Source: Patescibacteria group bacterium (GTDB lineage: Bacteria > Patescibacteriota > Patescibacteriia > Patescibacteriales > WJLG01). Taken from it: DNA of 64,000 bases. A program made the translations under genes and the position numbers. The notes below the pieces were generated by a model that saw only the letters and a list, made by a program, of their open reading frames with translations, ran no database searches and was not told the DNA's origin. The DNA lies in the NCBI GenBank assembly GCA_041652555.1, contig JBAZHE010000002.1:13409-77408 (forward strand). The letters run 5' to 3'. Shown here piece by piece: positions 10,299-22,651 of the stretch (positions are counted from its first letter, which is position 1; each line of letters opens with the position of its first letter).

Positions 10299-10478
10299 TT
10301 ATTCTTCTACAAAGATTGCCTCTACTGGACATTGATCAGCTGCACTTTTGGCGCATTCGGCATTTTCTTGGCTAATAACTTCGGATTTTCCCTCGGCATT
10401 TAAGCGAAAAGTGTCAGAACAAATTTCTGTGCACCGGCCGCAGCCGACGCACTTTTCTAGATCAACTCTGATGGTCAT
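10299..10478 (-). CDS. Single-cluster 4Fe-4S ferredoxin, 59 aa (absent from the ORF track)
   Basis: Manual translation MTIRVDLEKCVGCGRCTEICSDTF...ECAKSAADQCPVEAIFVEE shows CxxCxxC plus a distal CP. Confidence 0.93.
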   Translation of the reverse strand: MTIRVDLEKCVGCGRCTEICSDTFRLNAEGKSEVISQENAECAKSAADQCPVEAIFVEE

Positions 10479-10569
10479 GATGTTTTTTAATTTAAAAATT
10501 AATCTCTAATAAAATTATAGCATAAAGTTTATTAACAATGGAAGACCTTTTAAGAGAAAATTAAAAAGC

Positions 10570-10597
10570 TTGACAGATTTTTTTAATGTGTTAATAT
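10570..10597 (+). promoter_or_regulatory. Promoter of rplJL
   Basis: TTGACA at 10570-10575; extended -10 TGtTAATAT ending at 10597. Confidence 0.6.
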
Positions 10598-10613
10598 AAG
10601 GTTATTCAATAAA

Positions 10614-10690
10614 AGCCATAGACAGTAGGCAAAAAATTAAGTCCTGCCGAGGCAAAAAAAACATTTTGTTTTTTATTTGCGTCTGTGGTT
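10614..10690 (+). ncRNA. L10 leader (rplJ autoregulatory RNA)
   Basis: AGACAGUAGG...UUAA..CCUGCCGAGG core closed by a gccatagac/gtctgtggt stem, directly upstream of rplJ. Confidence 0.8.
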
Positions 10691-10763
10691 AAAAGCCAGA
10701 GATTTTTTTATTAATAAATTTTAATTGTCAATTGAAGATTGATAATTGAAAATTAAATAGTTT

Positions 10764-11291
10764 ATGCCTAAAACAAGAGCGCAAAAAAAGATAATTTTGG
10801 ACGAATTATCCCAAAAAATAAAAGACGCCAAGTCTATTATTTTTACTAAATTTGAAAAATTACCGGTTAAAGAAAATGAAGAGTTGCGCCGTCGCATCAA
10901 GGCTGAAGGCGGGGAGTATGTCGTTACCAAAAAGACTTTGTTAGATTTGACTTTAAAGAGTAACTCCTTGGCAGTTGATATGGATAGTCTAGATGGGAAA
11001 GTTGCCGCTGTTTTTGGTTATCAGGATGAAATTGCTCCAGCAAAAGTTATTGATACTTTTCGCAAAGGGTTGGAAGAAGAAAAGATTTTTTTCTTGGGTG
11101 GAATTTTGGATGGAAAATTTATTCCAGCCGAAATGGTGGAAAGTTTAGCCAAGCTTCCTTCCAAGCAGGAGCTTTTAGCTAGATTAGTTGGCTCTTTAAA
11201 TTCTCCTGTGTCGGGTTTTGTCAATGTTTTGGCTGGAAATTTGCGCGGTTTAGTTTGTTGCCTCAAGGCTATTAGTGAGAAGAAAGCTTAA
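10764..11291 (+). CDS. rplJ: 50S ribosomal protein L10
   Basis: LRR.....GGEYVVTKKTL and LAKLPSKQELLARLVGSL. Confidence 0.97.
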   Translation: MPKTRAQKKIILDELSQKIKDAKSIIFTKFEKLPVKENEELRRRIKAEGGEYVVTKKTLLDLTLKSNSLAVDMDSLDGKVAAVFGYQDEIAPAKVIDTFRKGLEEEKIFFLGGILDGKFIPAEMVESLAKLPSKQELLARLVGSLNSPVSGFVNVLAGNLRGLVCCLKAISEKKA

Positions 11292-11359
11292 TAATTAATA
11301 GTTTAAATATAAATTGTTTCATGACTCATATTTAATGTTTCATGATTAATAAAAATTTT

Positions 11360-11758
11360 ATGGAAGAAGACAAAAAAATTGAAGTTCCGGCCAAATTTGA
11401 AAAATTGGTTGGAGAAATTGAAAAAATGAGTGTTCTAGATTTATCCGAATTGGTTAAAATCTTAGAAGAAAAATTCGGCGTGTCTGCCGCCGCTCCGGTT
11501 ATGGCTATGGCCGCCGGTGCCGTCGCTCCGGCCGAAGAAGCCAAAGATTCTTTTGATGTGGAGTTGACTGAAGCTGGTGCTAACAAGATTAATGTCATTA
11601 AGGCTGTTAGAATTATCAACCCGACATTAGGCTTAAAGGAAGCCAAAGATTTAGTTGACGGTGCTCCAAAAGTTGTCAAGGAAGGCGCGAAGAAAGAAGA
11701 AGCTGAATCTATTAAAAAAGCTTTAGAAACAGCTGGCGCGAAAGTTACTTTGAAATAA
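11360..11758 (+). CDS. rplL: 50S ribosomal protein L7/L12
   Basis: [19 protein letters not shown] and [11 protein letters not shown]; likely start ATG at 11360. Confidence 0.98.
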   Translation: MEEDKKIEVPAKFEKLVGEIEKMSVLDLSELVKILEEKFGVSAAAPVMAMAAGAVAPAEEAKDSFDVELTEAGANKINVIKAVRIINPTLGLKEAKDLVDGAPKVVKEGAKKEEAESIKKALETAGAKVTLK

Positions 11759-11769
11759 TAGTAGTTTAT

Positions 11770-11805
11770 AAAAAAGACATTGTCCGAAAGGGCAATGTCT
11801 TTTTT
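11770..11805. terminator. Bidirectional terminator after rplL
   Basis: aaaaaagacattgtcc-GAAA-gggcaatgtctttttt. Confidence 0.9.
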
Positions 11806-11816
11806 TATTTTATGCT

Positions 11817-14078
11817 TTATAAGATATCCATCTCATAAATCGTTGCGCCGGACAAGATATATATTTTTTTATTCGCTTCATTAGCCGAAAAATCTTTTAC
11901 ATTAGATAATTTGTCAAAAATATATTGATTTAATAATTTGCCGGTGGCGAAATCAAAAATCGCTAGCCGTTTTTTAGACGCTTCCAAAATATAGACTTTT
12001 CTTTCCCCGACGATTAAACGCGAAGCTTCTGTGATCGGCTCTTCTATCGGTAAATCAGGGAAATTTTCTTTTTGGCCTTTGAGATATTTTTCCACTTGTC
12101 CGTTTTGGCGCAAGATATAAATATCGCCATTGATGAAAATATTCGCAGCATTGGCTAAGTCAATCTTAGCGTTAAGCCAGGCTGTCTGTCCGGAAAAGCC
12201 GCCTTCGGCCAGATTGTAGCGATAAATCTGGCTGTTTTGTTTGTCTACTAAGTAAACTCGGCTATTATAAATTTGAAAACCGCCGATATTTTTTATTTCC
12301 GTCGGCAATGAAATGCTTAATTTTTCTGCTTGACTTTGAGCATTTAATTTAAGAATTCCGTCTGATCCGAGAGAATAAACATCCTCTTTCTCTATTGCTA
12401 AAAAGTCTAAACCGCCGATATTCGGCAAATCATAAGAGGCGGTAACGATATTTTCTTTTAAATCAACTTTATAAATCGTTGGTGAAGATTCGTCCGTGGC
12501 ATAAATAATATTGCTGGTTAAGACGAGTTGCTGTGGTGCTGCGGCCGTATTTAGTTTGGAAAAATCAGCTGTTATTTTTAAGTCAGCGGAAACGCGAGTG
12601 ATAAGTCTAATTTTTTCCGACAGCTCGGTTTGTTTTTTAGTAAAAGCAATGATTGTTTCACGGCTGGATTTTTCTTTTTCTGGTATTTGGTTCAGAATTT
12701 TTTGGTTTTCCAGCCACAAGGCCTGTGCGTCGACATTGTTGCCATAAAGCAAATCAGCCTCTATTTTATCATGATTTTTTCCGATAGTTGACACTTTTTC
12801 ATTAAAAGTTTTTAGGGCTGTCGCGTTTTTATTGCTCTGTTTGGTGATGGCGAGGCTGGCGGAAAGGACCACGGCAATTATAACTATTGCTAAAGCAGCG
12901 AATTTTATCTTGTTTCGGCTCCAGTATTTTTTCTCACCGGTCGATTCCTCCTCGTTTTCATAATTGGAAGTTTTCATGATTGCGGAAAAAAGCTTACCTA
13001 AACCGGAGAATATTTTTTTGAAAAAATCCAATATTTTTTCCGGGGAAGCGAAACTTGGGCGTCTTTTGAAAAAAACCTTATCTTTCAGCATAAAAGGAAT
13101 CTTTGTTTGGCGTCCAGTTAGCGTTCCAACCACCGGAAAAGCTTGATTTTTTTGTCCGGGTTTTTTGAATATTCCATCTAGCCGTTTTTTAAGATTAAAA
13201 AATCCGGACGGCGCTAAAACCGATTCGGTTTTTTCTTCAATAGATACTATCTCCGGTTTGTAATCAAATCTTTCTAGCTCTTTTTCCGTTTTCTTTTTTA
13301 AATCTTCCTCGTTCATTGTTGAAAAAGCGGTGTTTTTTACCAACACCCCCAGGAAAGAAACATAAGAATTCACTTGCTCCAAAGTGTTTTTTATCTGTTC
13401 CATGGCGGCCGCTGGTGGCAACTTAGTAGCGATTTTTATCAGTTGTTTAGGTGAGAGATACTCCGACATTGCTTCGTTAACCGTTAAAAAGTATCCGGCC
13501 GTCGGTATTTTCCCACCAGAAATCTCCGAAAATATTTTATTAATCGCGATGCCTTCCCCAGCTGGTTTTTCCTGGCTTAAATCAGTGGCGCGATATTCTA
13601 TTTTTTCCGTTTCCAGCAAAGCTTGTCCGCGTTTGGGCGGTAGAGGTTCTTTTTCTTTATAGATTAAATAATTTTTATTTTTTCCAACCGAAGATAAATA
13701 AAGTTCGTTTTGATAAAGGACACCGACAGTCATGTTTAGAGAGTAGGGGCTGGTTTTTATTTTTTCTCCTTCTAAAAATTCGGTAAAATCTTTATTGGTT
13801 TTGGCTAGAGCGCCTTCAAAAATGCTTTCCACGGTGATAGTCTCAATTTTTTCTTTCAAGATTATTTTTTCACTATCGTAATAATTGGAATTCAGGCAAC
13901 CGATCAAAAAATTAATTATTTTTAAGCCGTCATTTCTCGGCGATTCTATTTCCGCCAAAACAAAAAGCTTGCCGGCTAAGGCTTCTTTGTAGCCGTCGGG
14001 TTGGGCGATGAAAATGTCAGCGGCGGTATTCGGTTTCTGTCCGCTGTTTAAAATTAAAGAGGCGATTTTATAATGCAT
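11817..14078 (-). CDS. Bitopic membrane protein: degenerate PP2C-like N-terminal domain, one TM helix, C-terminal NHL-like beta-propeller
   Basis: TM segment FAALAIVIIAVVLSASLAI; propeller-like repeats (IYNSRVYLVD, INGDIYIL, KVYILE). Domain calls are inference. Confidence 0.6.
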   Translation of the reverse strand: MHYKIASLILNSGQKPNTAADIFIAQPDGYKEALAGKLFVLAEIESPRNDGLKIINFLIGCLNSNYYDSEKIILKEKIETITVESIFEGALAKTNKDFTEFLEGEKIKTSPYSLNMTVGVLYQNELYLSSVGKNKNYLIYKEKEPLPPKRGQALLETEKIEYRATDLSQEKPAGEGIAINKIFSEISGGKIPTAGYFLTVNEAMSEYLSPKQLIKIATKLPPAAAMEQIKNTLEQVNSYVSFLGVLVKNTAFSTMNEEDLKKKTEKELERFDYKPEIVSIEEKTESVLAPSGFFNLKKRLDGIFKKPGQKNQAFPVVGTLTGRQTKIPFMLKDKVFFKRRPSFASPEKILDFFKKIFSGLGKLFSAIMKTSNYENEEESTGEKKYWSRNKIKFAALAIVIIAVVLSASLAITKQSNKNATALKTFNEKVSTIGKNHDKIEADLLYGNNVDAQALWLENQKILNQIPEKEKSSRETIIAFTKKQTELSEKIRLITRVSADLKITADFSKLNTAAAPQQLVLTSNIIYATDESSPTIYKVDLKENIVTASYDLPNIGGLDFLAIEKEDVYSLGSDGILKLNAQSQAEKLSISLPTEIKNIGGFQIYNSRVYLVDKQNSQIYRYNLAEGGFSGQTAWLNAKIDLANAANIFINGDIYILRQNGQVEKYLKGQKENFPDLPIEEPITEASRLIVGERKVYILEASKKRLAIFDFATGKLLNQYIFDKLSNVKDFSANEANKKIYILSGATIYEMDIL

Positions 14079-14147
14079 GTTGAAAATTACAAATTAGCCG
14101 TTTTTGATTGACGGTAGGGATATTATTGATTATACTATAAATATATT

Positions 14148-14744
14148 ATGTTGGCAAAATTATTTGGTTCTAACGCCAGGGCTAAGATTATCAAGCAATT
14201 CTTCTTCCATCCGGAAGAGGGGTTTTATCTTAGGCAATTGGCGCGCGACTTGAGTTTGCAGGTTAATTCAGTGCGACGGGAATTGGATAACCTTTTAGAT
14301 CTCGGGCTTTTATCTGAGCAGGCTGTTGCGCCGGAAGAGGCTAAAATTGGGGCAGGGCAGGAAAAAAAATATTATTGTGTGAATAAGACTTTTCCACTGT
14401 TTGAAGACTTAAAGGCGTTGGTGGCTAAATCGCAAATTCTCTATAAAGACAATCTTGTCAAAAGTTTAAAAAAGTTGGGGAATATTAAACTCCTGGTTTT
14501 AACAGGCATTTTTGTTAATCAATTCTCTTCGCCAGTAGATATTTTTATTGTTGGCAAAGTTAATAAAGAGAAAATAATCAAGATAGTTAATGATTTAGAG
14601 AAAGAATTGGGGCGTGAAGTTAATTATACCATGATGGACGCCACTGAATTCAAATATCGCCGTGAAATTATGGATATTTTTGTTTATGACATTTTAGATG
14701 GCGAGAAAATCGTAGTAATTGACGAAATGAATATTTTGGGTTAA
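14148..14744 (+). CDS. Winged-HTH regulator fused to a nucleotidyltransferase-like domain
   Basis: LFGSNARAK, YLRQLARDL..QVNSVRREL and VDIFIVG...REVNY; promoter TTGACG-17-TATACT at 14108-14136. Confidence 0.75.
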   Translation: MLAKLFGSNARAKIIKQFFFHPEEGFYLRQLARDLSLQVNSVRRELDNLLDLGLLSEQAVAPEEAKIGAGQEKKYYCVNKTFPLFEDLKALVAKSQILYKDNLVKSLKKLGNIKLLVLTGIFVNQFSSPVDIFIVGKVNKEKIIKIVNDLEKELGREVNYTMMDATEFKYRREIMDIFVYDILDGEKIVVIDEMNILG

Positions 14745-14770
14745 TAACAGCCTATTAAAAATTGGGTGCA

Positions 14771-14799
14771 TTGACCGGTTTAAAAATATTTGATAAAAT
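14771..14799 (+). promoter_or_regulatory. Promoter of the atp operon
   Basis: TTGACC, 17-nt spacer, TAAAAT preceded by an extended TG. Confidence 0.6.
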
Positions 14800-14872
14800 A
14801 GTGTCTTGATACGAAATATCAATCCGGGCCTTAAAAAAGGTGAAGGATTTATTTTTTTTCCAGAAAAATTTT

Positions 14873-15157
14873 ATGGGAAATAAGGTCATAAAAAATAATA
14901 ATTTTAGAGCTTACGCTTTGGCTACTTCATTATATGGCGGAGTTTCTATTTTTGGCCCATTATTGGTATTAGCCGGTGGCGGTTATTTTTTAGATAAATA
15001 TTTTCAAACCGGCCGCCTTTTTTTGTTTATTGGAATAGGCCTAGCCTTTATTGTGACTAATGTTTTATTATATCGTCGAGCATTTTCTATTATGAAAGAA
15101 ATGGAAAAAGATTTACCGCCGAAACCGGAAGAAGAAGACGATTTTAAAGATTTTTAA
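14873..15157 (+). CDS. AtpZ/AtpI-family ATP synthase accessory protein
   Basis: Two TM segments with GYFLDKYF.T motif; first gene of the atp operon. Confidence 0.8.
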   Translation: MGNKVIKNNNFRAYALATSLYGGVSIFGPLLVLAGGGYFLDKYFQTGRLFLFIGIGLAFIVTNVLLYRRAFSIMKEMEKDLPPKPEEEDDFKDF

Positions 15158-15160
15158 ATT

Positions 15161-15958
15161 ATGGATATATCTTTGTCTCCGGAAATATTGTTTTATATAG
15201 GATTTTTTCCGGTTACCAATTCATTTTTATCGATGCTTGCTCTGAGTGCGGGGTTGGTGCTTTTTTCTTTGATCGGCGTTAAGCGTTTAAAAGATGTGCC
15301 ATCAAAAATTCAGAGTGTTGCCGAATTAGTGTTTGAAGGTTCTTGGAATTTTGCCTTATCAACTATTGGCGATGAGAAAAAGACTAGAAAGATTTTCCCT
15401 TACGTGTTTACAATATTTATTTTTGTTTTGTTGGCGAATTTATTGACTTTAATTCCAGGGCAGAGTGCCGTTTCTTATCAATCTGCTGGCGGTGCGGTGC
15501 CATTTTTTCGAGCTATAATGGCTGACTACGGCTTGGTTTTTATAATGACGATTACGTCGGTAATAATGATGCAAATAATAACAATCGCCGCTGTTGGACC
15601 CTTAGGCTATGCCGGGAAATTTATTAATATCAAGAATTTGGCCGGATTTTTTGTAAACCTATTTAAGGGTAAATTAAAATTTGGAATGCTAGCCCAAGGT
15701 TGTTTGGATGTTTTTCTTGGCTTTATGGATTTAATTGGCGAATTGGCTAAAGTGTTTTCCTTATCGTTTCGTTTGTTTGGTAATGTTTTTGCTGGTGAAG
15801 TTTTGGGAGCAGTAATGTTGTTTCTTTTGCCGTTTTTTGGGCCCGTGCCGTTTTTGTTCTTGGGATTATTGAGTTCCTGCGTTCAGGCTTTCGTGTTTGC
15901 GGTTTTAACCTTAGTTTTTGTAAATATGGCGAGCGAGGCTGGAATGCAATCAGAATAA
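15161..15958 (+). CDS. atpB: F0 ATP synthase subunit a
   Basis: SLSFRLFGNVFAGE and QAFVFAVLT. Confidence 0.97.
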   Translation: MDISLSPEILFYIGFFPVTNSFLSMLALSAGLVLFSLIGVKRLKDVPSKIQSVAELVFEGSWNFALSTIGDEKKTRKIFPYVFTIFIFVLLANLLTLIPGQSAVSYQSAGGAVPFFRAIMADYGLVFIMTITSVIMMQIITIAAVGPLGYAGKFINIKNLAGFFVNLFKGKLKFGMLAQGCLDVFLGFMDLIGELAKVFSLSFRLFGNVFAGEVLGAVMLFLLPFFGPVPFLFLGLLSSCVQAFVFAVLTLVFVNMASEAGMQSE

Positions 15959-15988
15959 TAATTTAAATAAAATAATTATAAAAATTTT

Positions 15989-16216
15989 ATGGATTCAGAA
16001 GTTTTTAAATTGTTAGCTGCCGGACTTTGTATGGGTTTGGGAGCTATTGGACCTGGTGTCGGTGAAGGTTTCATCGGTGGCAAGGCTTTAGAAGCTATTG
16101 GACGCAACCCTGAAGTGGCTGGAAAAGTCACTCCATTGATGTTCGTTGCTATGGCGGTAACCGAATCAACCGGTATCTACTCTTTAGTTATCGCTTTGAT
16201 TATTCTTTTTAGCTAG
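15989..16216 (+). CDS. atpE: F0 ATP synthase subunit c (Na+-binding signature)
   Basis: GPGVGEG, RNPE loop and ESTGIY. Confidence 0.98.
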   Translation: MDSEVFKLLAAGLCMGLGAIGPGVGEGFIGGKALEAIGRNPEVAGKVTPLMFVAMAVTESTGIYSLVIALIILFS

Positions 16217-16228
16217 AAAATAGAAAAA

Positions 16229-16259
16229 CCGTCTTTTGCATTTAAAAAGCAAGAGACGG
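16229..16259 (+). other. Intercistronic hairpin between atpE and atpF
   Basis: ccgtcttttgc...gcaagagacgg. Confidence 0.6.
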
Positions 16260-16289
16260 AAATTTTATTTTTTATTTTGAAGATATTAT

Positions 16290-16781
16290 ATGGGATTAAT
16301 AAAAGTTTTAGGTCTTGATTGGAAGGTTTTATTAGCACAATTTATAAATTTTGCTGTTTTACTTTTTGTGCTTTTCAAATTTGCCTATAAGCCGATGTTT
16401 AAGTTTTTGGATGATAGAAAAGATAAAATAGAAAAGGGGATAGAGAATGCCGCCCGCGCCGAAGATCGCCTTAAAGAAATTACCGAAAAGGAATTAGAAG
16501 TTTTGAAAAAAGCCAAGGTTGAAGCTGTGGAAATATTAAATAAAGCGCAACTTGAAGCAGAAGAAATTCGTAAGCGAGAATTAACAAAAACTCGCGAAGA
16601 AATAGGTAAAATAATCAATCAAGAAAAGGAAAATATGCGCCAAGAAAAAGCCGAAGTTCTGCGCGACATAAAAAGCGAAGTTTCAAAATTGGTTATATCG
16701 TCAGTGGAGAAAGTTTTAGAAGAAAAAATTGATAGCAAAAAAGATGAGGAGATAATTAAGAAAATGATAAAGGATAGATGA
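16290..16781 (+). CDS. atpF: F0 ATP synthase subunit b
   Basis: QFINFAVLLFVL.KFAYKP followed by coiled coil; operon position. Confidence 0.96.
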   Translation: MGLIKVLGLDWKVLLAQFINFAVLLFVLFKFAYKPMFKFLDDRKDKIEKGIENAARAEDRLKEITEKELEVLKKAKVEAVEILNKAQLEAEEIRKRELTKTREEIGKIINQEKENMRQEKAEVLRDIKSEVSKLVISSVEKVLEEKIDSKKDEEIIKKMIKDR

Positions 16782-16803
16782 TAAATGATAAATTATTAGA
16801 ATT

Positions 16804-17202
16804 ATGAAGATAGCCCCTAAACAATATGCCACTGCTTTGTTGGAGTCTTTGGATGAAAATTCTGGTAAAAAAAAAGAGGTTGCGGCTCGGTTTGCCGAAT
16901 CTCTAATTGATGATGGCCAAATTTCTAAATTAAAAGAAATAATGGAGATTTTTGATGATTTGTGGAATAAGAAAAATGACTTAGTTAAGGCTGAAATAAT
17001 TTCTGCTAATTCTTTAAGTAAAGAAATGCAAAAATCTTTAAAAGATTTATTAACAAAAATTAGCGGAGGAAATAAAGTTGAAGTTACAGAAAAAATAGAT
17101 AAACACCTATTAGGCGGAACAATTTTGCGCTACGGCGACAGAATCCTTGATTTGAGTTTAAAAAATAAAATAGAAAAATTAAAAGAAGATTTAAATAGTT
17201 AG
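16804..17202 (+). CDS. atpH: F1 ATP synthase subunit delta (short form)
   Basis: YATALL and IDKHLLGG...GDRILDLS. Confidence 0.93.
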   Translation: MKIAPKQYATALLESLDENSGKKKEVAARFAESLIDDGQISKLKEIMEIFDDLWNKKNDLVKAEIISANSLSKEMQKSLKDLLTKISGGNKVEVTEKIDKHLLGGTILRYGDRILDLSLKNKIEKLKEDLNS

Positions 17203-17231
17203 AAGGGAAATAATTTATAATTTTAAAATAT

Positions 17232-18758
17232 ATGTCTAATACTAAGGATTTCGTGATTGAAGAGATAAAAAAGAAGATTGGGGAATTCCAGTCTAATCCA
17301 GAAGAAAAAAATTTCGGCCGTGTTCGTTCGGTTGGCGACGGTATTGCTCGCTTGTCCGGACTATCTGGCGCAATGATGTCAGAGATGTTGGAATTCAAAA
17401 CCTCTGACGGCTCTCGTTATGGTGTAGCTTTGAATTTAGAAGAAGACGGTGTTGGTGCTATTATTCTTGATGATTATCAAGCAATTAAAGAGGGTGATGA
17501 AGTTGTTTCCACTGGAAAAATTTTGGAAGTTCCTGTTTCTGATAAAATCGTTGGCCGTGTCTTGAATCCTTTAGGTCGCCCGATTGATGGTCGCGAAGCA
17601 GTTGTTGCTGACAAATACTATCCAGTAGAAAAAGTTGCTCCCGGTGTTATTACTCGTGAATCAGTTAAAAAGCCTTTACAAACCGGTATCAAGGCTATTG
17701 ATGCGATGATTCCAATTGGTCGTGGACAACGTGAATTGATTATTGGTGACCGCCAGATTGGTAAAACCGCTATTGCCATTGATGCTATTATTAATCAAAA
17801 AGGTCAGAATGTTAAATGTATTTATGTCGCCATTGGTCAAAAAGAATCCAAAATCGCCGGTATTGTTGCTAAATTAAAAGAAGCTGGAGCAATGGATTAT
17901 ACAACCCTAGTTGTAGCTGGTGCCTCTGATCCAGCCTCATTATTGTATATTGCTCCATTTGCCGGTTGTGCTATGGCTGAATATTTCCTAGATAAAGGCG
18001 AAGATGTTTTAATTGTTTATGATGATTTAACTAAACACGCCGCCGCTTACCGTGAAGTTTCTTTATTACTCCGAAGACCACCAGGTCGCGAAGCTTATCC
18101 TGGTGATGTATTCTACCTTCATTCTCGTTTATTGGAGCGCGCTTGTAAATTAAACAAAGATTTTGGTGGTGGCTCTATTACCGCTTTGCCAATTATTGAA
18201 ACCCAATCCGGCGACGTGTCTGCCTATATTCCAACCAATGTTATTTCTATTACTGACGGCCAGATTTATCTTGAACCAGATTTATTCTATCAAGGTAATC
18301 GCCCAGCCGTTAATGCCGGTATTTCAGTTTCTCGCGTAGGTTCTTCCGCGCAAATTAAAGCCATGAAAAAAGTTGCCGGAAAAATGCGCCTAGAAGTCGC
18401 CCAATATCGCGAACTAGCCGCTTTTGCTCAATTCGGCTCAGACCTTGATGAAGAAACAAGGAAAAAATTAGAACGCGGACAACGCATTGTAGAAATTCTA
18501 AAGCAAGGTCAGTATCAACCGATGCCAGTAGAGGAGCAGGTCGCAATATTTTTCGCCGTCACCAATGGCCTAATGGATAATGTCCCAGTAGAAAAAATAA
18601 CCGAATTTGAAAAGAAAGTTTTAGAAAATATCAGAAACACATCATTAGATGTTTTAAAAGAAATAAAAAAATCCGGCGAACTGTCGGACGAAACACAAGC
18701 TAAGTTGAAGAAAGTTGTAGAAGATTTTAAAGATACGTTAGAATATGTTTCAAAGTAA
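17232..18758 (+). CDS. atpA: F1 ATP synthase subunit alpha
   Basis: GDRQIGKT and [21 protein letters not shown]. Confidence 0.99.
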   Translation: MSNTKDFVIEEIKKKIGEFQSNPEEKNFGRVRSVGDGIARLSGLSGAMMSEMLEFKTSDGSRYGVALNLEEDGVGAIILDDYQAIKEGDEVVSTGKILEVPVSDKIVGRVLNPLGRPIDGREAVVADKYYPVEKVAPGVITRESVKKPLQTGIKAIDAMIPIGRGQRELIIGDRQIGKTAIAIDAIINQKGQNVKCIYVAIGQKESKIAGIVAKLKEAGAMDYTTLVVAGASDPASLLYIAPFAGCAMAEYFLDKGEDVLIVYDDLTKHAAAYREVSLLLRRPPGREAYPGDVFYLHSRLLERACKLNKDFGGGSITALPIIETQSGDVSAYIPTNVISITDGQIYLEPDLFYQGNRPAVNAGISVSRVGSSAQIKAMKKVAGKMRLEVAQYRELAAFAQFGSDLDEETRKKLERGQRIVEILKQGQYQPMPVEEQVAIFFAVTNGLMDNVPVEKITEFEKKVLENIRNTSLDVLKEIKKSGELSDETQAKLKKVVEDFKDTLEYVSK

Positions 18759-18786
18759 AGAGAAAAATTAGTATTACGACTAATGT

Positions 18787-21224
<2,438 letters not shown>

Positions 21225-21235
21225 TTTTTAAGAGT

Positions 21236-21661
21236 ATGGATAAATTTATTAAATTTGAAATAGTTACTCCGGAGCAGACGATTCTAAAAGAAGAAATTCT
21301 TGAGGCTACTATTCCGACGGCAGAAGGGGAGATAACTATTTTGCCAAAACATTCACCACTGATTTCTTTTTTGAAGCCAGGAGTTTTGTCGTTAAAGAAA
21401 AAAGATGGGTCGCAAGATGTAGTTTTTGTGGCTGGTGGATTTTTGGAAGTTTTAAAAAACAAAGCGGTTATCTTGGCTGATACGGCTGAGCGGGCGGAAA
21501 ATATTGATTTAGCTCAAGCTGAAGAGGCGAGAGCGAGAGCGGAAAAAAATATTAAGGATTTACGCCACGAGGATGCTGAACAGTTTGCTGCCATCAGTGC
21601 TCAATTGGAACATGAATTGGCCAAGACTCGCGCCGTAAAAAAATGGCGACATCTTAAATAA
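21236..21661 (+). CDS. atpC: F1 ATP synthase subunit epsilon
   Basis: FEIVTPE, GEITILPKH and GGFLEV...ILADTAE. Confidence 0.97.
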   Translation: MDKFIKFEIVTPEQTILKEEILEATIPTAEGEITILPKHSPLISFLKPGVLSLKKKDGSQDVVFVAGGFLEVLKNKAVILADTAERAENIDLAQAEEARARAEKNIKDLRHEDAEQFAAISAQLEHELAKTRAVKKWRHLK

Positions 21662-21671
21662 AAAACAACGG

Positions 21672-21780
21672 AGGTGCCATAGTCCCGATAGGGCTGTGGC
21701 ACCTAAAATGCAATCGTTATTTTTGAAATAATGTTTTGCAAATAGAGTGCCACAGTCCTGAGTACAGGAACTATGGCACC
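21672..21780. repeat. REP-like doublet: two GC-rich palindromes in inverted orientation
   Basis: GGTGCCATAGTCCCGATAGGGCTGTGGCACC at 21673-21703; 21747-21780 reverse-complements to GGTGCCATAGTTCCTGTACTCAGGACTGTGGCAC. Confidence 0.75.
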
Positions 21781-21807
21781 CCCAACGAGACAAAAATGTT
21801 TAATATT

Positions 21808-21846
21808 AAACAAAAAATAGGCTCTTAAAAGCCTATTTTTTGTTTT
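21808..21846 (+). terminator. Intrinsic terminator of the atp operon
   Basis: aaacaaaaaataggct...agcctattttttgttt. Confidence 0.8.
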
Positions 21847-21858
21847 TAGACCCAGCCA

Positions 21859-21887
21859 TTGACAAAAAATTTAAAATATGCTATCTT
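21859..21887 (+). promoter_or_regulatory. Promoter of the glycan cluster
   Basis: TTGACA, 17-nt spacer, TATCTT with extended TG. Confidence 0.6.
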
Positions 21888-21925
21888 AATATGATTGCTA
21901 CAATATTATTATCCATTATTTTTTT

Positions 21926-22651
21926 ATGACAATACATCAATTCTTAAAAGCTCTAAATAGCAGAAAGCGCGTCGTAATACTTTTAACGGCGATTTTTTTG
22001 TCGGCCGCAATTTTAATTTCCGCCATCCAGCCATTTAAATACGGCTCGTCTTTGACGCTTTTGACTGTGCATTCTTTTAAGGAAAATACCGATCCGTATG
22101 TCGCTTCCAAATCAAATGAATATTTGAGCGGACTTTTGGCGCAAATTGTTTATTCCAGCTCGTTTTTTGACAGTGTTATGAATAGTGGTTACAACATTGA
22201 TAAAGACTATTTTTCCGGCAGTGATAAGAATAAAATGAAAAAATGGAGTCAAACGGTTTCCGCTAAAAGTATCGCCGACTCCGGCATGATTTCCATTAAT
22301 GTTTATCACTTCGATCGCAGTCAGGCCGAAGAGATTGCTCGCGCCATCGCTTATACTTTGCAGACTAGCCATACTAGCTATCACGGTTTTGGCAAGAGCG
22401 TGGAAATAAAAATAATTGATAAACCGATTACTTCAACTTTTCCGGTGAAGCCGGATATTTTGCTTAATTTAGCCGTCGGCTTAGCCTTTGGTTTAATATT
22501 TTCTCTGTGTTTTGTATATCTTTTCCCGGAGAATAAAAAAAGAATTAAGAATTATAGAGAGGAGGCTGAAGAAGTAAAAGAAGAAATAGTTGAGCAGAAA
22601 TATAATTATTTAGATTATAATAATCAAGGGAATATTAATAATTTGAGATAA
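21926..22651 (+). CDS. Wzz/CapA-like polysaccharide chain-length determinant
   Basis: N- and C-terminal TM segments, P.KY.S and the PVKP..LLN...GL.FG motif. Confidence 0.8.
   Translation: MTIHQFLKALNSRKRVVILLTAIFLSAAILISAIQPFKYGSSLTLLTVHSFKENTDPYVASKSNEYLSGLLAQIVYSSSFFDSVMNSGYNIDKDYFSGSDKNKMKKWSQTVSAKSIADSGMISINVYHFDRSQAEEIARAIAYTLQTSHTSYHGFGKSVEIKIIDKPITSTFPVKPDILLNLAVGLAFGLIFSLCFVYLFPENKKRIKNYREEAEEVKEEIVEQKYNYLDYNNQGNINNLR

Noticed and set aside
21560-21793. 77-aa minus-strand ORF
   Set aside because: It overlaps atpC antisense and the REP-like doublet.
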